The notes beneath the pieces are model-generated. The model did no database searches, had not been told where the DNA came from, and was given only the letters and a program-made list of their open reading frames with translations. 64,000 bases of DNA from a virus (lineage: Duplodnaviria; Caudoviricetes), in the IMG/VR virus record IMGVR_UViG_3300035670_000191, positions 1,540-65,539 of that record; one strand, 5' to 3'. The stretch's first letter is position 1; each line of letters starts with the position of its first letter. A program made the translations under genes and the position numbers. Of this stretch, positions 44,828-54,983 are shown piece by piece.

Positions 44828-45927
44828 ACTGCCCCCACTGTAAAAGTAGGAACGAAGGGCAGCGTAGAAGATATTTCGTCTACCGGTGTGTCAAGCACAT
44901 GCTGAATAAACTTCTTGGAATCTTCGTCTGCTTCTTCCATAATTGTATCGCCAAAATCTGCAAGATACCGCAAGGCTTCTTCTATTCGGGGGCGGGTAAC
45001 CGGGAAGTCAAGGCTTAGTCCGACAAGTGTTTGCTTGATGAGCATTAGCAGCGGGGTATAGAGTTTGTACAATTCAGACTTAACCAAAAGTTCTTTTCGT
45101 TGCTCGGCAATGGAAAGCCATGCCTTTGTCTCATTCGCCCTGTCCGTTCTGAGTTTCTGCATAATTTGCTTCTTCACCAAAGGGTGCATGGCGTCGTCCA
45201 GCACAAACTCCCCATCTTCTCCGTAGGAAACATCTAAGTTCTTACCAGGTCTGTACCTAGCCTTGTCTCTCGCGTTCAATGGAACCCCATCTCCTCCATC
45301 CCGAATCTTTTGTTCCAACGTAGCGATGCGGGCTTCATAAGTTTTGGCTTCAGACAAACGGGTTGCCTTACTTTCCCGCAAGTTCTCCGCCAGTCTCTCC
45401 ATTTCCTCAAAGGCTCCTGCGAGTTTTGACTCAAATTCCCTAATGGTTGCATGGGCTTTTGTCACGGCATTTTCATCTGCGAGCAATGCACGTTCTTTGA
45501 CTCTGGTGGCTTCAACATCAGCCTCGATAGCCTGCTTCCGGATTTCGGCATCGGTTTTGATCCGTAGCTTTTCCTCTTGAAACAACCGTTCTTCTTCAAT
45601 AGTTTTCAGCCGTGCCAGACGCTCCGTCTCTTCCTTAGCTACTTTTAAGTCTACAGACTTAATCATAGATTGCCGATAGGCATACATAGCCTCCCTGTAA
45701 GTCATTTCTGTCAGGGGCTTTGTACCGTATCGGCCTTGCTGGAACTCTTGGTACAACCCTGATATGTTCTGGCCCCACAAAGCAGCCAACATTGTCGGAC
45801 TTACTTTATCCTCCATGTCTATGACAAATGTCGTAGGGGGAGTTACTGTATCTTCTGGGGAACTTTGAGGGGTTTCAGTGTCTAATATGTTTGTCATGTC
45901 TGTCATATTTGTCTCTCGTCTCACCAC
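44824..45927 (-). CDS. terminase small subunit (Nu1-like, enlarged coiled coil)
   Basis: overlaps the TerL start; N-terminal HTH-like segment; long coiled coil. Confidence 0.65.
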   Translation of the reverse strand: MVRRETNMTDMTNILDTETPQSSPEDTVTPPTTFVIDMEDKVSPTMLAALWGQNISGLYQEFQQGRYGTKPLTEMTYREAMYAYRQSMIKSVDLKVAKEETERLARLKTIEEERLFQEEKLRIKTDAEIRKQAIEADVEATRVKERALLADENAVTKAHATIREFESKLAGAFEEMERLAENLRESKATRLSEAKTYEARIATLEQKIRDGGDGVPLNARDKARYRPGKNLDVSYGEDGEFVLDDAMHPLVKKQIMQKLRTDRANETKAWLSIAEQRKELLVKSELYKLYTPLLMLIKQTLVGLSLDFPVTRPRIEEALRYLADFGDTIMEEADEDSKKFIQHVLDTPVDEISSTLPFVPTFTVGAV

Positions 45928-45942
45928 GTCATAACCTTTGGG

Positions 45943-45971
45943 TTGCCTTGAGCCGACACCCGTGCTATAAT
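45943..45971 (+). promoter_or_regulatory. sigma70 promoter of the rightward tail operon
   Basis: TTGCCT-17-TATAAT with extended -10 TG. Confidence 0.7.
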
Positions 45972-46033
45972 TCTACACAAGTCTGGCGGTAAATGCAACT
46001 GTCTTTGACCCGCAACATCTTTTGGAGTTCCTA

Positions 46034-46303
46034 ATGGAAGCAATATCACCCTGGCAACAATTTGGTTTACCCGGCATGGTTATCGGGGCACTGTTCATAA
46101 CCATTTGGATTATCGGTAAAGGCATAATCCTACGGCTTTTGGAGTTACAACAACAAGAGCGGGCAGAGTGGCGAGAAGCATTCACGGAAGCGATGGGAGA
46201 ACACAATGAAGTGTTGCGTGAGTTGTCAAAAGCAGTTGGGGAGTTGAAGCAGACCCAGTGTCCGAAAGAACCCATTAACTATGTTCACATGAGGCGAGAA
46301 TGA
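46034..46303 (+). CDS. putative holin-like single-TM protein
   Basis: GGAG RBS; FGLPGMVIGALFITIWII followed by a coiled coil. Confidence 0.5.
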   Translation: MEAISPWQQFGLPGMVIGALFITIWIIGKGIILRLLELQQQERAEWREAFTEAMGEHNEVLRELSKAVGELKQTQCPKEPINYVHMRRE

Positions 46304-46743
46304 AGAAGTTATATTTGAAACTTCAAAGCCCGGTTATTGAACTCAAAGTTCAGTGTCGGGATGGCAGTGGTGCGAGTACGTCGTTTGTTGTAGGCTTCAA
46401 TCGTCACGGAAAAACAGAAGCAGAAAACAGACTTAAAGCCTTCCAGGATATGTTTACTGAGGCTGTACAGACAGGTTTGCTTGACAAGTTTATCAAAGAC
46501 GAGATTCTCTATGTTAAAGACATTGAGTTTGATGTCGAGGACACGGAAACTGGGGCTGTTACCCATATACTTGTGAAAGATTCCAGGAAGGAAAAGAAGG
46601 GGGATGCGTGGGAAGACGCCGACGAGTGTTTGGAACTTCTGAAATCCCTGCTCTTTGACTCGAATCCTTATGCAACGGCCATATACGGAGCCTATCCAAA
46701 AGCCCTTGTTAACGTAGACTTGTCAAACGAATTGGGAAACTAA
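46300..46743 (+). CDS. tail assembly chaperone (gpG-like)
   Basis: upstream of the tape measure gene; ends in slippery G GGA AAC. Confidence 0.8.
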   Translation: MKKLYLKLQSPVIELKVQCRDGSGASTSFVVGFNRHGKTEAENRLKAFQDMFTEAVQTGLLDKFIKDEILYVKDIEFDVEDTETGAVTHILVKDSRKEKKGDAWEDADECLELLKSLLFDSNPYATAIYGAYPKALVNVDLSNELGN

Positions 46744-47150
46744 TAGAGGCAGGGGAGGCACTTGCTTATTGCAGCCTCCCCGCACCACATGCAGAAGAAC
46801 AACGTAAACAAGCAGAAGACGAAGAAGCCTTAGACGCCCTTTTCAGAAGTTATGGGGACGACGGGGGCGGGCTGCCCCCAACCCCACAACCGACAGAACC
46901 CGACGAAATCGTAGAAGTACTACTGTTTGAGACAAACAAACCTATCTATGACCTGTATGTTATACTCAGGCACTATTGCAACGCCGAGTATACCTTAGAC
47001 TCTGCAATACTGTTGCGGCTAATTGACGAGTTCAAACTCCCGCTAACAGATACGCTTACCAAAATCCCCTATATCCATTCCGGGTATGTGAATAAGATGC
47101 AGGATTACCATAATGGCCAAAACCGAAAACTCTTTAGTAATCAACATTGA
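46734..47150 (+). CDS. -1 frameshift extension of the tail chaperone (gpGT-like)
   Basis: GGGAAAC at 46734-46740; -1 frame open from 46740 to TGA 47148-47150 with no usable ATG. Confidence 0.8.
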   Translation, partial: GKLIEAGEALAYCSLPAPHAEEQRKQAEDEEALDALFRSYGDDGGGLPPTPQPTEPDEIVEVLLFETNKPIYDLYVILRHYCNAEYTLDSAILLRLIDEFKLPLTDTLTKIPYIHSGYVNKMQDYHNGQNRKLFSNQH

Positions 47151-50100
47151 GAGCAGACTTTCTGGGGAGGATACATACGCTCGGCTGTCAGAAAGGCTGA
47201 AGGCTCTTGGAGTTGAAGTTTCGAGGCTGAACTCTGTCCTAACTTTCAGTGAAGATACGTCAACAACGTATCGGCATAACATTGAAATGCTTGGGGAAGT
47301 TACAAGTAAGTCGGTCAAAGATATAAAGGCCGCAGTATCCGCAATCTTTGGTGACGTTGGTTGGGCACAAGATCAATTTAATCAAGCAAAAAACGCTTAC
47401 ACGGCCAATCTCCAGAAAAGTCATGACGAAATCCTAAGACTCACTCGCAGAGCCGCCCAAGAACGCACGCTTGCAGTAACTCAAGAAGGGGACTTGGAAG
47501 TCGCGGCTGTAAAAGCCAACAACAACATTCGCATTCTGCTCGAAGAAGCAACAAATGCGGCTTTGGAAAGGGAACGGCTGGCCCATAAGAATCGTTTGGC
47601 TGTGCTTATGGAACAAGCAGCGGTTACTGCAACCCCCGAAGCACTTGCAGCCGAAGTAGAAGCAGAAACCGCTTTGTTGCGTCAACGTGAAAAAGCAATA
47701 ACCGAGACATACAAACACCACCTTGAACTTGTAAAAGACGAGGAGTCACTCAACAAGGAACTTACGAACAACTGGGAAGATTCAATCGACCTTCAAGTTG
47801 CTGCAATGCGACATGGTGTTGACAGCATCAAGTATCTTGAAGTCAAGAAAAAGAAGGACATCTTACAGATTGAACGGGAACTCGGGAAAGAACTTGTTGC
47901 TGCCCAACAAACACAAGCCCCGCAAGCAGCCGTCGAAGCAATAATAAACAAGTATCACCAACAGATTGAAGCCGTACATTTGTTGGCTGAAGAACAGATT
48001 GCTGCCCTTAAACAAGTTCAACAAGAGGAAAAGGCGGCTGCCAACAGATTCCGCATAATCCAGAAGGAACGGGCCGATGACCAGATTACGGCTGTTAAAG
48101 AAGGGATGGCCGTTGTCAAACATGGACTAGACTCGGAGGTTGTTCAGAATCTTCACGCTGCCAATGAAATCCGGCGAATCCGTAGAGATTTAGCGCGAGA
48201 CTTACGGGAACTGTCAGCACAGCCTGGCCCTGAAACTGAGAATCTTATAACGCAACGAATCTCCGAAGCTACGCGGGGGATTACATCTTGGGAAGCCGTG
48301 ATTCTGCAAAACCAGCGGGAAGCTGAGGCTTTGCGGGCAGGCCATGCTCAAAGATTGGCTGAGATGGCAGAATATGGAAAGAAGTCGGACGAACAGCAGC
48401 AACAACTATACCGGCTTCGTGAAATCACTGAGCGTAAGGGTGAACAGTCAATCGAAGCCGCCCAAGCCCGTTACAAACTTCGCTTTGTACAAGTTGAGCA
48501 ACGGATTGACACGCACAGAAACAAACTTAAGAAGTCTTATGAAGAAGGGGTTATTGACCTTCAGACTTTTATAAATCGTTATGACCGGCTGCAAAACATA
48601 GAACTTCGGGCCAAGGATGCAACACTTAGGGCTTTGGCACGTAGAAGGAGTGCTATTGCCGTGCAAAAAGAACAGGAAGCAGACTACAAGATTGTAGAAG
48701 AAGGTATCCGCAGCCGGGAGAAAACAGAACTTGCGCGGGCAAAGGCCCATGAACAGGCACAAACAGACGTTGCCCTGTATGCCGCAAAGCAACGCCTAGA
48801 TACTTTTGATGCAGAATGGCGAGCCAAAGTTGCGGCAATGCGGTCTGGCTATGAGACTCAGAAAGCGGTAACGCTGAATGGGGAGACTTCGCTGCAAGCC
48901 CTTCAAGCAGCAGCCGCCGAAAAAGAGAAAAAGATACTTCTAGACTTGGAAAAAGCCAAGGCTGAAATCCGGCAGAAGTATTACAATGAGGGCTTGGGAC
49001 AACCTGCAATGCGGGGCCAGACTACAAAAGCCGTTGGGAAAGCAACAAAAGCCCTTACAGAAGCATATGCCCCTGTCCAACAATACATGGATGAACAGCG
49101 GGTTATAGATTCTTTGTTGGCGGCTCACAAGAACTTAACGCGCTCTCGCCAGCAAGAACTAGAAGAACTTGCACGTTACAATGCCCTTGTCCAGAAGTAT
49201 GGCCCTGAACACCGGCTTGTCCAAGTGGAACTTGTGAACAGGAAAGAGAAAGAGGCACGTCGGCGATACTCTAGCGACATGCTTCAAATTGAACAGGACA
49301 TTCAAAACAAACTTATACGAACGGATGCAGAAGCAGCGGCAAAACGCCGGGCTATCGAGTCCCACTACTACGAAACGCTTAGAGGATTGGCTGCACAACG
49401 TGACATACTGTCCCCTACGAACAATGAGTTTCACCGGCTCAACAGAGGCTTTTCTGGTCTCCTGAAATATGTTTTTGAGACTTATGTTGCGTGGGGTGCT
49501 GTAAACAGAGTTGCAACGGCTTTCTCTACAACAATCCGCGACATTATCCCAGTTGGTATCGCCCTTGACAGTGTCCGAGCAACACTAACTGCTACTATGG
49601 GTTCGGCTGCCGGTGCAGAGGCCGCCATAAATGCTTTGAACAAAGAAGCGTCCCGTACAGGCAAAAACATAAGTGAACTACGTAAAAGTTTCACAACATT
49701 CCAAGCATCTACAAGTCTGGCAGGCATATCCACGGAACGCACGTGGACTATGTTTACGAAGTTGAATGCTGTAATGACGGCTCTGCATAAGTCTGCCGAC
49801 GAAACTCAGCACGTCTATCTTGCGCTCTCACAGATTTTCAACAAGTCCAAAGTTCAATCAGAAGAACTTGTCAAACAGCTAGGTAACCTGTTGCCCGGTG
49901 CCTTCGCGGCATTTGCAGAAAGTATGGGCATACTTCCGTCAGAACTCTCAAAGAAGATGAAGGACGGGATGGTTTTTGCCCAGGAAACTATGGATGGCTT
50001 CATTGACTACATGCACAGGAAGTTTGCTCCCTCATTCGCTATTGCGGCAACAATGTTGAATGCTGACATTGAGCGAATGAAGAATGAGTTGATTCTCCTG

Positions 50101-53100
50101 CAAGAAACCCTCTACAGACTAAGCGAAGATAAAATTCAAGATTTTGTGAGGGCAGTCACGGATGGGATGCGCTCCTTCCGGGAGTTGGCATCCGAGGGTA
50201 AAACCCTGCGCTACATCATCGACGGATTACAAGTTGGAATGCACGGACTTGCAGGGTTGGGAGTTACTATTCTTGCGGTTAAGTTTGCCGAACTTGTCAA
50301 GCACATCATAGAAGCGCAAAAGTACTCAGGGGCACTGCTCGGTACGTTTAAGCAGTTTGCCTCAACCGTGTCGATTATTGGTGCAGCCTATGCAGCCCTC
50401 ACGGAGTCCCTGCACCAATATAATCTTGAGCAAAGTTCGGCTGCCACTGGCACAAAAGATTTCTTCACAAACTTGCGTCGGGAGTTGAAAGAGACAAATG
50501 ATGCAGGGAACATAATTATTCGGCTTGAAGAAGACCCGGATGTTAGGAAACTTGATGCTTTTATGCAGGGACTTGCCGAACGGTCAAAAGACGTCCAGAC
50601 TTGGATAAAGTCAGCCTCCCAAGTAGAAGTTGACGCTTTGCGTGATGCTGCTCTAGCCGCCCAAGATGTTATAACCACTCAACACCGACGGGAAGTCAAG
50701 TCTATTGTAGACTCTATGCGGCCTTTGGCTGAAAAGCAACGAATGTTGAAAGCCCTGCACGAAGAATACACAACAGACCTACAAGATGTAAACACGGCCC
50801 TACAAGCCAACGTCAGAACTGAAAAAGGCTATAGCCTTGCGTCCGCAGCACTCAACAGACTTCTTGGGAAACAACGGGAAACGCTGCTTGATATTGCTGC
50901 CATCAAAATGCGGGACAAAACCGAAGAGGAAGCAACAAAGGCTGCTGAAACTCGCTACAAACCCGACCCAACAACAACACTCAAACGCTCAGACGAACTG
51001 GAAGCCGAGGCAACAATACTTGGTGTTCAGGCCAAACGTATGACAGAAATGGGAGATGCTGCTGGCTACCTTAAGGTTAAACTTGGGGAGTTGGATGTGG
51101 CACGCCAGGCTGCTTCTGCTAAACTCGAAGAGAAGTTTAAGGCTGACATTGCCATTCAGCAAGAGAACATGAAGGCAATGGATGACTATGTTGAAGCCCA
51201 ACGCAAAAAGGGAGTTGCAGAAAGCGTAATATGGAATAAGACTGACCTTGACCAAAAACAACATATCCAAGAGCAAATGCTCCGGCTGTTCAAAGAACAT
51301 GCAGCAGCCCAAGCGAAACTAGAATATGATTTCGGCGAAGAGACACGGAAGGCTCAAGACGACATGCTGAAGATGCGGCTTGACGGTAGTAAGAAGACAC
51401 TTGATGCTGTCAAAACAGACCTGCAAGAGAAACTTAGGCTTGCCAAAGACTATAAGCGTAACGAAGAACAGATACTTCGTACCGAGATTGAGACAGCCGA
51501 CAAAGAATTTGCGGCGGGAACACTTGGATTCACAGACTACTACGAGCGACTCGAAGAAGCAAACAAGCGCATAAACGCAATTCAGCAAGAACGACTCGCC
51601 CAACAACAATCCATAAACACTGCCCTTGAAGCGCAAAACAACATTCTTACAGAAGCCTCTGCTTCGTTTGACAAGATGATTGTTGCTGTTCGGCGGATGG
51701 AGTCTAGCCGGGTTGCCCCACTCCCCGGAACCGAAAACATAACTTCCCCAAAGGGCGCAAGAGGCACTATGCAAGTCACGCCGATTGCATGGAAAGAAGT
51801 TGTTGGGGATGTAAAGGGTTATGCAACCGCCACAGCAGTAGAACTTGACCGTGTTGGACAAGAGTATTTTGCAAAACAATTACGCCGGTTCAAAGACTTC
51901 CAAGTTGCAGTCATGGCTTATAATATGGGGGACACTCGCACAAGTGCCCTGTATAAACGCCTCGGCATTCAAGAAGGAACACTTGACCCAACAGCTTTGG
52001 CTCGTGTGAAAACAGACCCAAGTGTTCCGGAAGAAACCCGTGGGGCTATGGAACGGGCGCAAAACTACTTGTTGGAAGGCAACACGCTCCTGAAGCAACG
52101 CCAAGAAACAATCAGGAACATCAGCAATGAATTAAACATTCAGCAAAACATAGAGGAGACAACCGAAGCAGGTAAGCAACGCCTACTGCAACTTGAGACA
52201 AAACGCTTAGGTGCGCTGGCAAAGTATACAGACCTTACGGAAAAGATGAAAGAACAGGCTGTTGCTTTGTCTGGCGCACAAGCAGAGTCTAGACTCATAC
52301 GTTACGAACGGAGTACTGCGGAATGGCGGAAGATGAATCTGGACTTGCTTGCCAAAGGCACAGCAGAACAGAAGCAAAAAGCCGCAATAGAAGAACAAGT
52401 GTATCAGACGGGCTTGGCCAATGCACGCCTTCTGACAACACTAGATACTTTGTCGGACAAACAGGCGGGGAAACAGGTGGCTTATGAAAGCCAACTGCAA
52501 CGCATCCAAACTTTACAATCACAAGGGTCACTGACAGAGTTAGAGGCCGCTATACAAACAGATGCGATTGTTGCTAAACAAATTAAAGACCAAGAAGCCC
52601 TTATCGCAAAACTCAAAGAGAAACAAGCAGAAGCAGCCAAAGCAATCCCAGGTGGAATGACCAATGTTGAAGTTACAACAGAGATTGGTAAGGCTCAAGC
52701 AACACTTGATAGTTTGCAGCTAAAAAGCACGGAGACTGCCATGGTTATGAAACAAGAGTTGACTCAAGCCTTCCGCCAACCCTTTGAAGCCTTCATCCAA
52801 GGAACCTTGTCTGCCGGGGATGCAGCAAAGCAATTTGCCAGCAATGTCTTGCAATCTTTCCAAAGGATTCTTACTGACAAGATAACACAAAGTTTGGCTG
52901 ATATGTTTATGTCTTCTGGAGCAGGTAAAGGGCTTATGGGGTTTGTTACAGGACTACTTACTGGCTCTCCTACTCCTAGCGCAAAAGGTAACATAGTTCA
53001 AAACGGGAGTATAACCCCATTTGCTTCCGGCGGAATAGTAACATCCCCAACCCTATTCCCACTTGCAAAAGGGACTGGACTTATGGGAGAGGCTGGGCCT

Positions 53101-53340
53101 GAAGCAATCATTCCCCTCAAGCGCAACCGGGAAGGCAAACTTGGGGTTGCAGGCGGACAACAAACATCGTATAATACAGTGAACAACATCTCTGTAACCA
53201 TAGAAAAGTATACGGGTAATGACAATCCTGAAACTACTGCTGCAAAAATCGCTGAAGCAATATCTAGGAAGATTGCAAAAGAGGAAATTGCATCTGCAAG
53301 TCGTAAAGGCGGACGGCTCGCCCCTGTAGGAGCATTCTAA
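47113..53340 (+). CDS. tape measure protein with a lytic transglycosylase domain
   Basis: 2075 aa helical; ALSQIFNK.KVQSEEL..QL; MESS..SPKGARGTMQV..AYN.G; C-terminal GEAGPEAIIPL. Confidence 0.93.
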   Translation: MAKTENSLVINIESRLSGEDTYARLSERLKALGVEVSRLNSVLTFSEDTSTTYRHNIEMLGEVTSKSVKDIKAAVSAIFGDVGWAQDQFNQAKNAYTANLQKSHDEILRLTRRAAQERTLAVTQEGDLEVAAVKANNNIRILLEEATNAALERERLAHKNRLAVLMEQAAVTATPEALAAEVEAETALLRQREKAITETYKHHLELVKDEESLNKELTNNWEDSIDLQVAAMRHGVDSIKYLEVKKKKDILQIERELGKELVAAQQTQAPQAAVEAIINKYHQQIEAVHLLAEEQIAALKQVQQEEKAAANRFRIIQKERADDQITAVKEGMAVVKHGLDSEVVQNLHAANEIRRIRRDLARDLRELSAQPGPETENLITQRISEATRGITSWEAVILQNQREAEALRAGHAQRLAEMAEYGKKSDEQQQQLYRLREITERKGEQSIEAAQARYKLRFVQVEQRIDTHRNKLKKSYEEGVIDLQTFINRYDRLQNIELRAKDATLRALARRRSAIAVQKEQEADYKIVEEGIRSREKTELARAKAHEQAQTDVALYAAKQRLDTFDAEWRAKVAAMRSGYETQKAVTLNGETSLQALQAAAAEKEKKILLDLEKAKAEIRQKYYNEGLGQPAMRGQTTKAVGKATKALTEAYAPVQQYMDEQRVIDSLLAAHKNLTRSRQQELEELARYNALVQKYGPEHRLVQVELVNRKEKEARRRYSSDMLQIEQDIQNKLIRTDAEAAAKRRAIESHYYETLRGLAAQRDILSPTNNEFHRLNRGFSGLLKYVFETYVAWGAVNRVATAFSTTIRDIIPVGIALDSVRATLTATMGSAAGAEAAINALNKEASRTGKNISELRKSFTTFQASTSLAGISTERTWTMFTKLNAVMTALHKSADETQHVYLALSQIFNKSKVQSEELVKQLGNLLPGAFAAFAESMGILPSELSKKMKDGMVFAQETMDGFIDYMHRKFAPSFAIAATMLNADIERMKNELILLQETLYRLSEDKIQDFVRAVTDGMRSFRELASEGKTLRYIIDGLQVGMHGLAGLGVTILAVKFAELVKHIIEAQKYSGALLGTFKQFASTVSIIGAAYAALTESLHQYNLEQSSAATGTKDFFTNLRRELKETNDAGNIIIRLEEDPDVRKLDAFMQGLAERSKDVQTWIKSASQVEVDALRDAALAAQDVITTQHRREVKSIVDSMRPLAEKQRMLKALHEEYTTDLQDVNTALQANVRTEKGYSLASAALNRLLGKQRETLLDIAAIKMRDKTEEEATKAAETRYKPDPTTTLKRSDELEAEATILGVQAKRMTEMGDAAGYLKVKLGELDVARQAASAKLEEKFKADIAIQQENMKAMDDYVEAQRKKGVAESVIWNKTDLDQKQHIQEQMLRLFKEHAAAQAKLEYDFGEETRKAQDDMLKMRLDGSKKTLDAVKTDLQEKLRLAKDYKRNEEQILRTEIETADKEFAAGTLGFTDYYERLEEANKRINAIQQERLAQQQSINTALEAQNNILTEASASFDKMIVAVRRMESSRVAPLPGTENITSPKGARGTMQVTPIAWKEVVGDVKGYATATAVELDRVGQEYFAKQLRRFKDFQVAVMAYNMGDTRTSALYKRLGIQEGTLDPTALARVKTDPSVPEETRGAMERAQNYLLEGNTLLKQRQETIRNISNELNIQQNIEETTEAGKQRLLQLETKRLGALAKYTDLTEKMKEQAVALSGAQAESRLIRYERSTAEWRKMNLDLLAKGTAEQKQKAAIEEQVYQTGLANARLLTTLDTLSDKQAGKQVAYESQLQRIQTLQSQGSLTELEAAIQTDAIVAKQIKDQEALIAKLKEKQAEAAKAIPGGMTNVEVTTEIGKAQATLDSLQLKSTETAMVMKQELTQAFRQPFEAFIQGTLSAGDAAKQFASNVLQSFQRILTDKITQSLADMFMSSGAGKGLMGFVTGLLTGSPTPSAKGNIVQNGSITPFASGGIVTSPTLFPLAKGTGLMGEAGPEAIIPLKRNREGKLGVAGGQQTSYNTVNNISVTIEKYTGNDNPETTAAKIAEAISRKIAKEEIASASRKGGRLAPVGAF

Positions 53341-53712
53341 ATGGCAAACTTCATAGCGTTACCGCTTCCTGAAAAGATACTTGTTGATGCGTCAAAGACA
53401 ACGACCTTTCGGACACTCCGTGCTTCTTTTGGTGACGGCTATAGTCAACGTGCCCCTGATGGCATAAATTCCAGAATTGATAGTTGGACTTTGCGATGGG
53501 GGGCTTTGACGCCTGCGGAACTACAAGTTGTTGAGGCCGCACTCGATTCTGTCGGGGGTTATGGGGTTTTGCTCTGGACACCTATCGGGGAGACTGTGCA
53601 AAAGAAGTTTGTCAACACCAAAGCAACGTACTCACGGACAAGAGTCAATAGCAATGCCTACACGGTGAGCGTAACGCTCGACGAAGTTTTTGACATTCTA
53701 CCGCCAGCGTAA
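53341..53712 (+). CDS. distal tail protein (lambda gpM-like)
   Basis: FGDGYSQR..DGIN, WTP.GE. Confidence 0.9.
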   Translation: MANFIALPLPEKILVDASKTTTFRTLRASFGDGYSQRAPDGINSRIDSWTLRWGALTPAELQVVEAALDSVGGYGVLLWTPIGETVQKKFVNTKATYSRTRVNSNAYTVSVTLDEVFDILPPA

Positions 53713-53724
53713 CAAGGATACTTT

Positions 53725-54222
53725 ATGGCTTCCGTCGAATCTCCCTTCATCGAATTATTTGAACTCCATATCCCTGCGGCCATTCCGCTTACTCCCGGCA
53801 TATCCCGCGACTTCTACTTCTGTAATTCAGGGAATGTTACGTTCACTCGCGGCGGATTACCGCAAGACTATGTTGCCTTTCCAATAGCCATAAGCGGCAT
53901 TGCCCAAACATCTAACGGTGCGCCACCACGGCCTAAACTTAGCCTGTCTACAGTTGACTCGCTGATTAGTCAATTAGCCTTTCTTTACTCCGACATCGTA
54001 GGAACAAAAGTAGTTTACATACGGACATTTAGTGAGTACCTCACTAGCGGGATTGGTTCCTACCCACTAAACATGGAGATACTTGCTAAAACAAGTCATA
54101 ATAAGAATGGCCTTGAATTTGAACTACGGTTTCCAACTGACAGAGAAACAGATTATCTTCCAAAGAAACAGATGCTTAGGAATGAATACCCTGGTATGGG
54201 GACAAATAAGAGGGCGATGTAA
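53725..54222 (+). CDS. minor tail protein (lambda gpL-like), lacking the Cys cluster
   Basis: IELFEL, Y.AFPI..SG, G.PPRP.L, RTF..YL, FEL, LP.KQ. Confidence 0.82.
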   Translation: MASVESPFIELFELHIPAAIPLTPGISRDFYFCNSGNVTFTRGGLPQDYVAFPIAISGIAQTSNGAPPRPKLSLSTVDSLISQLAFLYSDIVGTKVVYIRTFSEYLTSGIGSYPLNMEILAKTSHNKNGLEFELRFPTDRETDYLPKKQMLRNEYPGMGTNKRAM

Positions 54223-54224
54223 CA

Positions 54225-54983
54225 ATGGTTGCAAGTAATGACTTCAAGAACTTGTCGGCTGAAACGTGGGAGCAAATAGCTGAACTAGCCCTGTCCCGCT
54301 TTCCAAAAGAACTATGCGGGGTACTGCATGGCGGTGAGTTTATAGAACTTGAGAATATCGCAGAAGAACCTGAAACATCCTTCAGGTTTGACCCTGCACA
54401 GTATGTTCACTATGAATCTTGCGACGCAATAATCCATAGCCATACGAAGAAACATAAGCGGGCTTATAGGCTAGACCTCCGCACTCCGTCACGTGCCGAT
54501 AGAATTGGCCAGATTGAAAGTAACAAGCCTTGGGGAATAATTGCAACGGATGGAAACAGCGTTATGGAACCTATTTGGCTTCCAAGGACGCCGAACAATA
54601 GCTATTTGGGCCGCCCCTTTATATGGTTTATCAACGATTGCTACACCCTTGTACAAGACTACTACTTACATGAGTTCGGCATCCGTCTGATAGACCATGC
54701 ACTTGAGTTTGACTATATGCAGGGGCACCGTTTGCAAGACAAGGTATTTGAGAAATACATTAGTGCAGCGGGCTTCGTCGAACGGGATGTTGTAGGGGAA
54801 CTTCGCAAAGGAGAGTTGCTGTTGTTGAATCATGCCGGTGTTGAACAGTCCCATCTAGGTATTTATACAGGGGGTACTGTCTTGCATCAAGACATACTGT
54901 CTACAGTAGTTTCCATTGACAGAGTATACCACAAGATAAGTAGAGTGCTGACGCATCCTGCCGTTAAACTGGAGGCTGTATGA
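54225..54983 (+). CDS. tail assembly protein (lambda gpK-like, JAB plus NlpC/P60)
   Basis: E.CG, HSH..PS.AD, DCYTLV.DYY, HLGIY. Confidence 0.9.
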   Translation: MVASNDFKNLSAETWEQIAELALSRFPKELCGVLHGGEFIELENIAEEPETSFRFDPAQYVHYESCDAIIHSHTKKHKRAYRLDLRTPSRADRIGQIESNKPWGIIATDGNSVMEPIWLPRTPNNSYLGRPFIWFINDCYTLVQDYYLHEFGIRLIDHALEFDYMQGHRLQDKVFEKYISAAGFVERDVVGELRKGELLLLNHAGVEQSHLGIYTGGTVLHQDILSTVVSIDRVYHKISRVLTHPAVKLEAV

